From contig OZ024750.1 of NCBI GenBank assembly GCA_964016885.1, positions 10,106,001 through 10,170,000 on the forward strand: a stretch of 64,000 nucleotides of DNA, written 5' to 3'. The notes under the pieces were generated by a model. That model saw only the letters and a program-made list of their open reading frames with translations. It ran no database searches and was not told the origin of the DNA. Positions 26,981 through 39,930 of the stretch are shown piece after piece (positions within the stretch are counted from its first letter, which is position 1; each line of letters opens with the position of its first letter). The position numbers were made by a program, and so were the translations under genes. The stretch is from Eledone cirrhosa (taxonomy: Eukaryota).

Positions 26981-27254
26981 GGGTGAGTGTGGAGACATTT
27001 GGATTAATTGGTTTGTTGGGGTAGAAACATAAGCGGAGGGTGTTTAGTACCCGAGGATTGTCGTACGACAATTCACTCCGGCCTACGGCAACCATGGATA
27101 GTTCGGTAATCTTAGGACGGTTTCCAATCTCATTGAGTCCAGTTGCTTCTAAATCAAAGAAGACAAACGTATTGATCTTTCGGAATGAAAACGATGACGA
27201 TGATGTTGACGACGACGGTGATGTTGCAGGCGATGAAGTCGACGGAGTAGCCAT
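26981..27254 (-). CDS. TREX1: TREX1/TREX2-like 3'-5' DNA exonuclease, coding exon 1
   Basis: ATG at 27254; Ser-rich N-terminus then FVFFDLEATGL (ExoI D-x-E), PKITELSMVAV and LRLCFYPNKPI typical of TREX; donor CC|GTAAGG at 26980 (phase 1). TREX1 vs TREX2 cannot be resolved for an invertebrate gene. Confidence 0.9.
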
Positions 27255-29299
27255 GCTTTCAATATAAAACTTACACTCTTGTTTGTATTGTAACTACCTC
27301 GATACTTTCAATAATTAACATATAAACATTATTTTCTTGACGATAAAAAACAAACGGAGATTATCTGAAAGCTATAACAAAATGAAAATCCACCTCTAAA
27401 TATTATGTAAACAGAGGTATGTATACAAATGTGTGTGTATGACGTGAAATAACTCGTGAATTTTGTACAGTGTCTGCTCCATGTTTTATAACAATGAAAC
27501 TGGAACACGTGATAACACATAGACAGGGGAGATAATTCATATCAGACATTTACAAAGAAGAGTTCTTCATATTTGTTAAACAGAAATTAACTGAGGAAAT
27601 TGTTGATTGTTAGCGTGAACTCATAGGGATTTTTATGTAGTCACCCCACCTGCTAGAAATAGCAGTCAAATTTCCTTAGACCACACCCTACCGTTTTATG
27701 GAGCATCTACGTGATCGTTCAACCGCCTAAAAACGATAATACAATCTCTTAAATTACATCATACTAGCTTTAATAAAAAAAAATAGTAGGCGCCTTGAAT
27801 AACACAGTCCAAGATAAACTGTTTTAATACATGGGATAGGTTTGTTCGATGAGAGTTGATCGGGGCTAAACAATAACAACAAACACGGAATTGCCATTAC
27901 TGGAATGTCTTTCATCATAGTCTCTATTAAGGCCGACAAGTGTTAGTTGAAAACATTGGGGGAAGCGTGTACATTAATATTATAACACCAGCATTGGAAT
28001 GGTTGGCAGGTTTTCTGTAGAACATAACGAGACTCGTCTCAACCAGGCACCATTTAAACTGCAAACCTCATCACTTTAGATTTTCTGTTATTTTATATTT
28101 AATGCTCATGGCTGAGTACTATGTAACACCAGAGGAGATGGGTCAAGGTATCTGGTGATGTCTGTGAGGGTGCTTGGTTGTTCCAGCACCTTAGCCATGC
28201 TATCGCCTGGCCACACTGAGGTATCAGGTGATGTCCGTGAGCGTGCTTGGCTGTTCCAGTACCTTCACTTTTCTATTACCCATGGTAACACTGCTAGTGT
28301 GTTGGTTTGCCTCTAAAAGTATTAGAGGCTCCGCTGCCTTCCATTTGTTAATGGTAGTAGTAGTTGTTACTGCTAATTATTTCGGCTGGCTGCTGAAGCT
28401 CCAATGCCTTCTTTGACCGAAGATGCAGGGGTCATTAACTTTCGCCATTTTGGAATCTGGTGAATTTTTTTTTGGTAGTGGTAGGGTTGGGGGGAACAGG
28501 TGATAAGGCCAGTTCCAGGGTGGTTTGTTAGAGGAAAATTTTCCAATCGTTCTCTTGTGTAAGTGTTGCTATTAGACATTTTTATCCTAGCTCAATTACA
28601 CCATTCCTAGCGACTTGGTAATCAGTTCTATTAATTGTCTATTTAATTAATTCATTTTACAATCATTCTTTTTCCTTAACAGTCGCCTCAAATCTTTTAT
28701 AACTAAATATATTAAATAGTTTGAACTTTCTTGAAAATTCTTACGCTATTAACACAATCATTGCTATACAGAATTACTTCCCTTTAACCAGAAATCGCAC
28801 TTCACATTCAAACCAGTGACAACGAAGTTTTTGTCATTTCCAGCTCGCCCTTACTGATATTGTTATTAGATGATACACATGAGGGTTCTTGGCTATTGTT
28901 GTCCTTCAACACCTCACTATCACCCGTGGTAATGCCGTGATCAATGGGTTGGCTGAACATTTTTAGAAGACAACGCCAACATTCTCTACGTGTATGTGTG
29001 TGAGAGAGATGTGTATGTGTATAACTTTGTATGAACAAATGTAAATTAATAAACAATCTGTTGAAGGAATCTTATCATTTCTGGCTCTAATCTAACAGAA
29101 AATAATGTTATTTCTTAAATTATTGTTTCAAATATATTTCTTTTAGTTTAAATTCCTAATTTTTCCACATCTCCACAGACTTTTGCACAATTTCTATCTA
29201 CTAAATTCACAAGGCATTGGTCACCCTGGGATTATAGAAGACACACTTGACCACTTTCTTGACCAAGTGCTGTGCAGTGCTGTGAAACACGAAGCCATA

Positions 29300-29495
29300 T
29301 ACCGTATATACTCAAATATAATCCAACCCCACTATTTTATGTCTCAGAAATGAGCAAAATTCCAAACCTTATTTACATAGAATTTAATGTTGGTGAAAAT
29401 CATCAAAATATTGATCCCAAATATAAACACCCCCCACCTTCTATCATAAATTTTTGGTCACATATTCCTTGGCTTATATTTAAGTATAGCTGGTA
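29300..29495. mobile_element. Tc1/mariner-type MITE
   Basis: TA-flanked imperfect TIRs TACCGTATATACTCAAATATAA / TTATATTTAAGTATAGCTGGTA. Confidence 0.55.
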
Positions 29496-29865
29496 AATGT
29501 GATGCAAACTTCATACCCACACACCCATACCTGTATCTCTAACCTGAAAGATAAGTTTATCTTAGGTGTAGATATCTTTCAAAACATTCTTGAATTACAA
29601 AAAATAGATACAAGAGTAAATGTCAGATTCATTTCACTGTATTCCCAGAATCTATAGTTTTATCTAATTCATTTATTATCCAACATCTACGTCTTCGGGG
29701 AAAATAGTTTCCTTCTTGTTTTCCACTTTAACCCTTACATTACCATATTTCTAATTAAAAAAAAAACACTACCTATGATTTTCAAATAATATTGAAAATA
29801 ATCAAGAATTTTCAGGTATTTAGTAAGATATTTAACTTTCTCATTATGAAGCAGGTGTGAGTGTA

Positions 29866-30092
29866 ATGGATTGGCAGAATTGGTAGAGTGTCTGATAAAA
29901 TGTTATAACGATCTTTGATCTGGCTCTTTACATTCTGAGTTCAAATCCCAACAAGGTCAACTTTGCCTTTTATCCTTCCTGGATCAATAAAATAAAAGTA
30001 CCAGTCACCTATTGGGATCAATGTCCTCGACTCACTCTCTTCCACCTTCTCACAAATTCTTGGTCTTGTGCCTAAATTAGAAATCATTATTA
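29866..30092 (+). mobile_element. SINE family B-related older copy
   Basis: GGATTGGCAGAATTGGTAGAG head, GAGTTCAAATCC, CAACTTTGCCTTTTATCC. Confidence 0.75.
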
Positions 30093-30596
30093 AGCTAGTA
30101 TTTGGAACAGGTTAACTAAGTTTCTTTCAAAAAATTATGATGGAATGTTTTTTGATAAATCTAAATCAGTAGCTGGGGTGGTTTCAAGTAGTTTATTGTC
30201 AAAAAGGTTTTGAAAGCTTTTGCTAAGGTTCTTCTCTTGCTATCACTTTCTTTCTAGGCCATATTATGGACTGGCTTTGGCTAGAATTACATTCTCAAAA
30301 CTGAGATAGAAAGAATCTTAAGAATACTCAGTCAGATTACTAGATTGTTCATTCAGCTTCACAGTTTGGGCTTTATGCCAAGAAATTCAACAATCTAGAG
30401 TTTGAATCTTTAAGTGCATACATATGTGGGTTCTGTATATCATCATCATCATCGTCATTTTACGTCCGCTTTTCCCTGCTTGCAAGGGTGGGACGTATAT
30501 ATATATATATATATATAATCCTTTAATATTTATTTTGCAAGGATTGAACTACTACTACTACTCTAACTTAATAGCACTACCTGGTAAAATAGCATT

Positions 30597-30785
30597 TGGA
30601 TTGGCAGTTTCGGTAGAAGGTCGGACGCCATGCTTTGCAGCAAAGAGTTACGGCCCTTTATGGTCCGATTTCAAATCCCACCGAGGTTAACTTTGCCTTT
30701 CATCCTTACGGGGTTGATAAAATAAAGTACCAGTAATACACTGGGATAATTGCTGGCCTTGTGCCAGAAGTAGAAACAATTATAT
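30597..30785 (+). mobile_element. SINE family B copy
   Basis: Matches family B consensus. Confidence 0.85.
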
Positions 30786-32599
30786 ATTTTCCAACTCATG
30801 CTGGCATAGGTTGGATAGGAATTTTTGAGGCAATGTTTTATGGCTAGATGCCCTTTTTGTTACTAATCCTGACATATAGCGATATGGTGTACCCATACTA
30901 AACCACACACACACACACACATATATATCATCATCATCATCATCACCGTTTTATGTCCATTCTTCTACGCTAGCATGGGTTAGATGGTTTGTCCTGTTGT
31001 GGGCACTGCCACGTCGAGTGACCATGTCTTGCTCATACGGGAACTGATTCTGGCATGATTTCTACAGCTGGATGCTCTTCCTAACACCAACCTCATTTAC
31101 AGCGAGTACTGGGTGCTTTTTTACCATGGCACCTAAACGACCACTTTACACTGTGGACTGGGTGCTTTTTTGTCATGACACCTCCACGACCACTTTGCAG
31201 TGGAAGGGAGGGGACCATACAGTCTATATGCTTCAGCTTCGGGTTGTATATATATATATACAAACACACACATACATAATCCTAGACTAGTATTTTATTT
31301 TATTGACCCCGCCAAAAAGGATGAAAAGCAAAGTTGACCTCGGTGGGATTTGAAGTGAGAGGTCAGAAACCTGTAAGAAATTCTACAAGATTTTATGTCT
31401 GAAGTCGGTTGATCTAATAACTCTACCAATTTACTGCAATGCAAGTCTGTTAAATTATCAGCAGTATAATAGATATGTTGGCAACATCAATACGTCACAG
31501 ACCCAATTCTTAGCTTGTCTACCATTCTCTCAATACTACATAACATTACCAATCTGTTGCAGTGCAGTGCCAAGAATAACATGATAGAAACATCAAAATA
31601 TTTTATGTACCAGGATGAGTTGGGAGGGGGGGGGGTGATGGTGGTGTTGGTGGTAGTGGTAGCGGTGGTGGTGTGGTGGTGGAAATGGTGGTAGTGGTGG
31701 TGGTGGTAGTGGTAGCGGTGGTGGGGGTGGGGGGTGATGGTGGAAATGGTGGTAGTGGTGGTGTGATAGTGGGTGGTAATGGTGGTGGTGGTAGTGGTGT
31801 TGGTGGTGGTGGTGGTAGTGGTAGTGGTGGTGGTGTTGGTGGTAGTGGTGATGGTGGTGGTGGTGATGATAGTGGGTGGTGGTGGTGGTGGGGGTGATGG
31901 TGATGGTGGTGGTGGTGGTGGTGGTGATGGTATTGGTGATAGGATGGTGGTATGTGGATGTGGTTTATCTCTGTATATCTGTTGTTTTTAAGGGTTTATG
32001 GAAAGAAATATGCATAAAATAAATTAATATTATAATTAAAATTGTTCAACTCCACCACCGCCACCACCACAACACCCACCCCCACCCCACCACCGCCGCT
32101 AGCACCACCACTACTACCACCACAGCCGCCTTTGTGTTCATGTATGTGTATATGTATATAGTAGGTGTGTAAGTGTGTGTATGTGCATATGTGTATTGTG
32201 TGTGTGTGCGTACATGTTATGCATGTGTATGTATGTGATTTATGTGCATGTACGTAATGGTGTGTGTGTGTATATATATAGTGTGTGTGTATATGTGTAT
32301 GTATATATATGGTGTGTGTGTATGTGTGTGTGTATATGTGTATGTGCATTGTGTGTGTATATGTGTATGAATATGTATGGTGTGTGTGTGTATATGTGTA
32401 TGCATATATATATGGTGTGTGTATGTCCTAGAAAGAGTTATTCACCCGACTCAGCTGTAATCTATTATATTTCTTATCAAGAAAATGATTTAAAATATAT
32501 TCTTGTCTTATTGCTTTATTTCTATATTTTTTGTTCTGTTTTGTTTTAACTGGAGTAAAAACTACCAAGTTTGACCTGAAACACAAGTTGAAAGGTTAA

Positions 32600-33390
32600 A
32601 TGTACCATACCATTGTAGATAGGTTAGATATACCATACCATTGTAGATAGGTTAGATATACCATACCATTGTAGATAAGTTAGATATACCATACCATTGT
32701 AGATAAGTTAGATATACCATACCATTGTAGATAAGTTAGATATACCATTGTAGATAAGTTAGATATACCATACCATCGTAGATAAGTTAGATATACCATA
32801 CCATTGTAGATAAGTTAGATATACCATACCATTGTAGATAGGTTAGATATACCATACCATTGTGGAAAGGTTAGATATACCATACCATTGTAGATAGGTT
32901 AGATATACCATACCATTGTAGATAAGTTAGATATACCATACCATTGTAGATAGGTTAGATATACCATACCATTGTGGAAAGGTTAGATATACCATACCAT
33001 TGTAGATAAGTTAGATATACCATACCATTGTAGATAAGTTAGATATACCATACCATTGTAGATAAGTTAGATATACCATACCATTGTGGAAAGGTTAGAT
33101 ATACCATACCATTGTGGAAAGGTTAGAGAGACCTTACCATTGTGGAAGGGTTAGATATACCATTGTGGAAAGGTTAGATATACCATACCATTGTGGAAAG
33201 GTTAGATATACCATACCATTGTGGAAAGGTTAGATATACCATACCACTGTGGAAAGGTTAGAGAGACCTTACCATTGTGGAAAGGTTAGATTACCATACC
33301 ACTGTGGAAACGTTAGATATACCATACCGTTGTGGAAAGGTTAGGGAGACCTTACCATTGTGGAAAGGTTAGAGAGACCTTACCATTGAG
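32600..33390. repeat. 28-bp minisatellite (~28 copies)
   Basis: TACCATACCATTGTAGATA(G/A)GTTAGATA unit, head to tail with no spacers. Confidence 0.95.
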
Positions 33391-34422
33391 AGATCTAACT
33401 TTGGTTCATTTCATTGTATAAATCTATAACTTTGATTGGTCCATTTCATTGTATATATCAATCACTTTGATTGGTCCATTTCATTGTATATATCAATCAC
33501 TTTCATTGGTCCATTTCATTGATCCTCTACCAGCAAACTCTCCCACAAATTCACCCAGACATAAACATACAAATATACAGAAATTTCATTTAAGGCTGGA
33601 GTGAAATAAAGCAGCCATGTTTCTGGTAAAAGAAAAAGGGTAAAAGTTTGGGTCTAAGTGTAATGAGTGTATTTTTTTTGTGGGGTTCATTCTTTGCTGT
33701 CTTTTTGTGTGGATTTTTAGATGTGTAATTTTTTAGAAATGTCTGATATATAGAATTATTTAGTGTATATATGTTTATATGTAAGATGTTATGTGTGTGT
33801 ATAGTTGTGTTTGTGATAGTATAGTATGCGTGTGTTTTGATGGTATGGGAATGTATGTATATGTATGTATAGTAGCCTGTATGTGTGTATATATATGTAT
33901 GTATGTATGTATGTGTAAGTTATGTATGTATATATATGTGTGTGTGTTAGGTGTGGTCTATTATCTGATGGAATGTGTAGTTTAGTCCTTCACACCACAG
34001 ACCTGATATTCCTCTGAAGATATCAGATCTGACCTTGTCATTGTTATTTTCATAATTTCAATGACAGAACACATAGACACACTAGCTATTGTGTTATGAA
34101 AGGTATATATATGTACATATATATATAAAAAACATGAGAAGAAAGAAGAATACTGCGTGGTTGCACATGGGTTACATATGATAAAAATAGTCCTTCGTCA
34201 GTGATTTGCCAACCATCATTGATATTTCATCGCATTAAAAATCATATACCTCAGGTTGGTGCGAGCAATAACTAAAAAAAGCTATTGGGACAAGTAAATC
34301 GTGTAAAGCAAGTGAGACAAGTAAACAACATAGAAGGATGAAAGCAATGCAAAGATATATATATACATATATACATACATAAATACATATACATATATAC
34401 ATATACATATATATATATATGT

Positions 34423-34552
34423 ATATTTAACATAGAAAGGCTTCTACAGGAGTAGAACTATTTCATTCGGTAAAAATCATCAGGAAGGCTTCCTGATGAT
34501 TCTACCGAATGTAACAGTGCTAGTCCTGTAGAAGCCTTTCTATATTAAATAT
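34423..34552. ncRNA. 130-bp palindrome carrying a hammerhead of a third family on each strand
   Basis: Plus: AAGGCUUC-CUGAUGA-UUCUACCGAAU-GUA-ACAG.UGCUAGUC.CUGU-A-GAAGCCUU; minus arm keeps CUGAUGA...GAAA...GUA. Partial family copies at 7009-7085 and 11449-11563. Confidence 0.65.
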
Positions 34553-34619
34553 TTATACTCTGCTATGTATTGAGTACCTTACTTACTGTGGTTACCCCCA
34601 ATTGAATCCAGGATAAACT

Positions 34620-34657
<38 letters not shown>

Positions 34658-34662
34658 TACAT

Positions 34663-34763
<101 letters not shown>

Positions 34764-34767
34764 TATA

Positions 34768-36218
34768 TCATCATCATCATCATCATCATCATTTTACGTC
34801 CGCTTTTCCCTGCTTGCAAGGGTGGGACGGGTCTTATTCAGCACAGCATCTCTCCACTTGTCACGGTCCCTCGTCATCTCCACCGTGAGCTTCAATGATC
34901 TGAGGTCTGTTCTCACCACCTCCGCCCATGTTTTTCGTGGTCTACCTCTACCACGTCTTCCTTCAACTGGCATTTCCTGGCACTTCTTCACCCATCGGTC
35001 ATCCTCCATGCGCATCACATGTCCATACCACCTCAGTCTCCTCTCCCGTACACTACATTCTATCCCTCTCAGACACAGTTTCTCTCTCAACACATTTATG
35101 CTGGGTCGTTCACGCACATTTACACTGCACATCCAACGGAGCATGCTTGCCTCATTTCTCTCCAGCCGTCGCATATCTTCTGCGGTAGCTGCCCATGTCT
35201 CACTACCATGCAGCATCGCGCTCCTCACACAGGCATCATACAACCGGCCTTTCGTACGCAGGGAGAAACCCTTCTTCGTCAACAGAGGAAGCAGCTCCCT
35301 AAACTTCTTCCAACCCGTCCTTATTCTAGATACTATGGCCTCGGAACACCCTCCTCCCATGCTAATCTGATCTCCTAGGTACCGGAAGCTATCCACCACT
35401 TCTATAGCGCCCTCTCGCATTTGAAAAATGTGTCTATCAGTGCGACTTCTACTGTCTAACTTCCCTGTACATCTACTGCATACATATTTCTCCCTACCTG
35501 TTAGTTTGCCTGCTATCCCGCTACATCTCTTGTGTACCCAGGACCTACATTGTGTGCATTTTATAGAATTTATGCCAGTTCCTTTTCTGCATATCGAACA
35601 TGGCCATTTCCCTGACGGAATCAGGGTTTTGTCCTCTTTTCTACTCATCAACACTTTTGTCTTAGCTAGATTTACTCTCAGTCCTCTTGCTTCCAACTGC
35701 TGTTTCCATAGCCGGAATTTATTCTCTAGCTCCTCTACTGATTCTGCCATAAGAGCCAGATCGTCAGCATAGAGAAGTTCCCATGGACAGCCAGTCTTAA
35801 ACTCCTCTGTTATGGCTTGGAGGACTATAATGAACAAGAGCGGGCTGAGGACCGAACCCTGATGTACTCCTACTTGTATCTGGAATTCCTCACTAAACTC
35901 CATTCCTACCCTGACTTTACTGAGAGTACCTCTGTACAAAGTTTGCACTGTCCTTACAAGCCATTCCTCAACACCCAGCTTCCTTAGGGACCACCAGATG
36001 ACAGATCGGGGTACCCTATCAAAGGCCTTCTCTAGGTCAACAAAGGCTAAGTATAGTGGCTTATTCTTCTCTAAGAACCTCTCTTGCATTTGTCTCACCA
36101 AGAAGAGGGCATCTGTTGTACTCTTCCCAGGCACAAAACCAAACTGCATCTCATCTAGTTTGACCCTTTCTCTAATTAGTTGTGCTAAAATCCTTTCTGC
36201 CACTTTCATAACCTGATC
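34768..36218 (-). mobile_element. RTE-clade LINE, 5'-truncated, with uninterrupted 474-aa ORF2 portion (RT + PHD-like finger) and (ATG)n tail
   Basis: [64 protein letters not shown] motifs; stop at 34794; flanked by (TA)n. The N-terminal YI repeats of the ORF-track entry are microsatellite. Confidence 0.95.
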
Positions 36219-36342
36219 TATATATATATATATACACATACATATATACATACATATATACATATATACATATATACATACATATATACATACATATATA
36301 CATATATACATACATATATACATATATACATACATATATACG

Positions 36343-36389
<47 letters not shown>

Positions 36390-36446
36390 CATCACCGTTT
36401 AATGTCCATCTTCCATATTAGCATGGGTAGGACATATACATATAGA

Positions 36447-36760
36447 CATGATGGCTGCAACTTAATTTTGTGTAATGCTATTGCTTGATACTTAAGCATG
36501 AGCATCATGGGTGGCTTTTTAGTCCAGCTAGGGACTTGCCTATGGCCAGCAATACCATGCATTGCATTAAAATGTCACATATCAAGCGATGCCTGAGCTT
36601 GAAGCTTTTTTAAGTGAGAAAAAGCTTTGCATGGGGCCAATCCCACTCGCTGAACATTGAATGCATTTACCCCAAAAGAAGAACTGGTCTACATCATTGG
36701 CTGCAAATGACGTCGCAGGTTTTATATCAGAGTGACCTTCTCCGAGAGAAATGTCTTAAT
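36447..36760 (-). mobile_element. Diverged second copy of the bipartite RTE-like element
   Basis: Reverse complement shares GGAGAAGG..ACTCTGATATAA.ACCTGC, CCAATGATGT.GAC, GAGTGGGA, AAAAGCTTCA, GCTGGACTAAAAAG.CAC and GCAGCCA.CAT with 62805-63175. Confidence 0.65.
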
Positions 36761-36955
36761 GAAGAGTCTCTTGCTCCACAAAAAAATACATACATGCATA
36801 TATAATGTTTCGAGAATTGCCATCCCTTGACTTTTTTCTCATACATGGTACATTTTTTTATCAACCATGAATGGGAGAAAGACAAAGTTGACATCGACAG
36901 GATTTGAACTCAGAGAACAGAGAGCTGAAATGAATACCACAAAGCATTCTATGGA

Positions 36956-37294
36956 GGCACATGGCTTAGTGGTTAGAGCATTGGCCTTGCAATCGAAAGG
37001 TTGTGAGTTCAATTCTCAGACCGGGTGATGTGTTGTTTCTTTGAGCAAGACACTTTATTTCACATTGCTCCAGTTTACTCAGCTGTAGAAATGAGATGAT
37101 AGAGACTGGTGTCCCTATCATTCCACTGTAAAGTGGTCGTGGAGGTGCCACGGCAAAAAAAGCACCCAGCACTCACTGTAAATGAGGTTGGTGTTAGGAA
37201 GGGCATCCAGCTGTAGAAATCAAGCCAGAATCAGTTCCCGTCCCACCCTTGCAAGCAGGGAAAAGCGGACATAAAATGATGATGATGATGATGA
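36956..37294 (+). mobile_element. tRNA-derived SINE family A, full length
   Basis: A/B boxes, central domain, RTE tail and (ATG)n. Confidence 0.9.
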
Positions 37295-37766
37295 TTCTAT
37301 CTGATGTTCTAACAATTCTGCCAATTTGCCACCCTGTATGTGTGTGTGTTTACATATACATCATCATCATCATCATCATCATCATCATTCAACATCCATC
37401 TTCCACGCTAGCATGGGTTAGACGGTATGTGTATATACATATATCTGTATACATATATGTGTATACATATATGAGTATACATATATATGAAACACATATT
37501 AATAACAGCTCTCCAATGATTGTATACCCTCCTCAACTATGATTCACCCTGACAATCCCTCCAGTTCCATGGGTGTAGTCCTCCTGTAATATGGTGTTAA
37601 CAACAAAATACCATTCTTTACATTCTTCATTCCTATAACATTGTTTTTCTTTTAATTTTATATCTTTCTCTCTGTCTCTTTAAATTTGAAACTTTTCCTC
37701 TAAATCTGTATATATATTAGTTCACCTCTTCCTCCCCTCAATATACATTTATATACAACTCTTTTT

Positions 37767-37822
<56 letters not shown>

Positions 37823-37824
37823 AA

Positions 37825-37940
37825 GGCGTGTGGCTGAGTGGTTAGAGAATTGGATTCGCAATCGTAAGGTTGTGAGTTCGATTCCTGGACCAGGCGATGC
37901 GTTATGTCCTTGAGCAAGTCACTTTATTTCACATTGCTCC
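37825..37940 (+). mobile_element. SINE family A-related 5' half
   Basis: TGGCTGAGTGG / GAGTTCGATTC boxes and CCTTGAGCAAG.CACTTTATTTCACATTGCTCC, then truncated. Confidence 0.8.
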
Positions 37941-38044
37941 TTCTACCTGGAGTTGCGACCGATAGATAGTATTAGCAATTGGAAAGACCAACGGAAACAT
38001 TGTTCCCTCGGTCCGATTTGACGAAAGTCGATTGTTCCTTTATA

Positions 38045-38580
38045 TATATATACATATATAGATATATACAACTCTTTTATGTATATATATATATACACAT
38101 ATATAGATATATACAACTCTTTTCTGTATTTATATACACATATATAGATATATACAACTCTTTTATGTATATATATACACATATATAGATATATACAACT
38201 CTTTTCTGTATTTATATACACATATACAGATATATACAACGCTTTTCTGTATTTATGTACACATATATAGATATATACAACTCTTTTATGTATATATATA
38301 CACATATATAGATATATACAACTCTTTTCTGTATTTATATACACATATATAGATATATACAACTCTTTTATGTATTTATATACACATATATAGATATATA
38401 CAACTCTTTTCTGTATTTATATACACATATATAGATATATACAACTCTTTTATGTATTTATATACACATATATAGATATATACAACTCTTTTCTGTATTT
38501 ATATACACATATATAGATATATATAACTCTTTTCTATATATATATACACATATACAGATATATATATACAACTCTTTTAT
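38045..38580. repeat. 41-bp minisatellite (~12 copies)
   Basis: ATATAGATATATACAACTCTTTT(C/A)TGTAT(T/A)TATATACACAT unit. Confidence 0.9.
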
Positions 38581-39164
38581 GTCCACACACACACGCATAC
38601 ACATACGCATACACACACACGCACACACACACACACACAGATATACAGATATGACACATATCTGTGTGTATTACTTCAACAATGTTTAAATGTCTAAAAT
38701 TGAAAAAAATATATTTAATTAATAAATTGAAAATATATCAAGCAGAAACCATTGCCAACACCACCACCACTACTGCCACCACCACCACTACCCAACACCA
38801 CTACCACCACCCAACACCACCACTACCGCCACTACCACCACCACCACTACCACCACTAGCACCACCCAACACCACTACCACCACTACCACCACTACCACC
38901 ACCCAACACCACTACCACCACCCAACACCACTACCACCACTACCGCCACTACCACCACTAGCACCACCCAACACCACAATCAGCACCACCAACAGCACTA
39001 CCACTACCACCACCGCTTGCTTTATTTCAACACCATTCTGCATTATACCTCTACTTCCTTCTCCCACTCCATTTTGCCTTATCCCCCCCCCCCCCCCCCC
39101 ACCACTATCACCCCCACTTGCTCCATTCTGATGGAAATTATTTGAAAATTTTCATTCTTCTGAG

Positions 39165-39208
<44 letters not shown>

Positions 39209-39273
39209 CGAGAGAGATAGAGAGAGAGAGAGAAATAGAGAGAGCGAGAGAGATAGAGAGAGAGAGAAATAGA

Positions 39274-39324
<51 letters not shown>

Positions 39325-39429
39325 CCCATTTCACTTACTTCAGCAAATAAACTTTCCTGGTATTCCATTTACAACCACCAAAACATATATAATATATATA
39401 TACTATAATATATATATGGAAAGAACAAT

Positions 39430-39466
39430 TTCAAATATTTTGTGTGTATATATTATAACTTTGTAT

Positions 39467-39500
<34 letters not shown>

Positions 39501-39930
39501 CAAATATTTAGTGTGTATATATTATAACTTTGTATACATACACATGCACACACACACATACATATATATATCAAATATTTAGTGTGTATATATTATAACT
39601 TTGTATACATACACATGCACACACACACATACATATATATATCAAATATTTAGTGTGTATATATTATAACTTTGTATACATACACACGCACACACATATA
39701 TATATATATCAAATATTTAGTGTTTATATATTATAACTTTGTACACACATATATATATATATATCAAATATTTAGTGTGTATATATTATAACTGTGTATA
39801 CACACACACATATATATGTCAAATATTTAGTGTGCATATATTATAACTGTGTATACACACACACATATATATGTCAAATATTTAGTGTGTATATATTATA
39901 ACTTTGTATACACACACATATATATATATA
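39430..39930. repeat. ~55-65-bp minisatellite with variable internal CA/TA tract (~8 copies)
   Basis: TCAAATATTTAGTGTGTATATATTATAACTTTGTATACA unit. Confidence 0.9.

Noticed and set aside
28100-29056. Short ORFs 28373-28579 and 28808-29056 and a ~75-bp direct repeat
   Set aside because: No recognisable domain and stops in all extended frames; possibly a decayed element.
32600-33390. CRISPR-like appearance of a 28-bp repeat
   Set aside because: No unique spacers, no cas genes, eukaryotic context.
34190-34262. Minus-strand CTGAGG...GAAA and CTGACGA motifs
   Set aside because: Core incomplete and stem III or the cleavage triplet does not fit; at most a badly decayed remnant.
34822-36216. Plus-strand ORFs overlapping the RTE
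   Set aside because: Antisense shadows of the LINE ORF.
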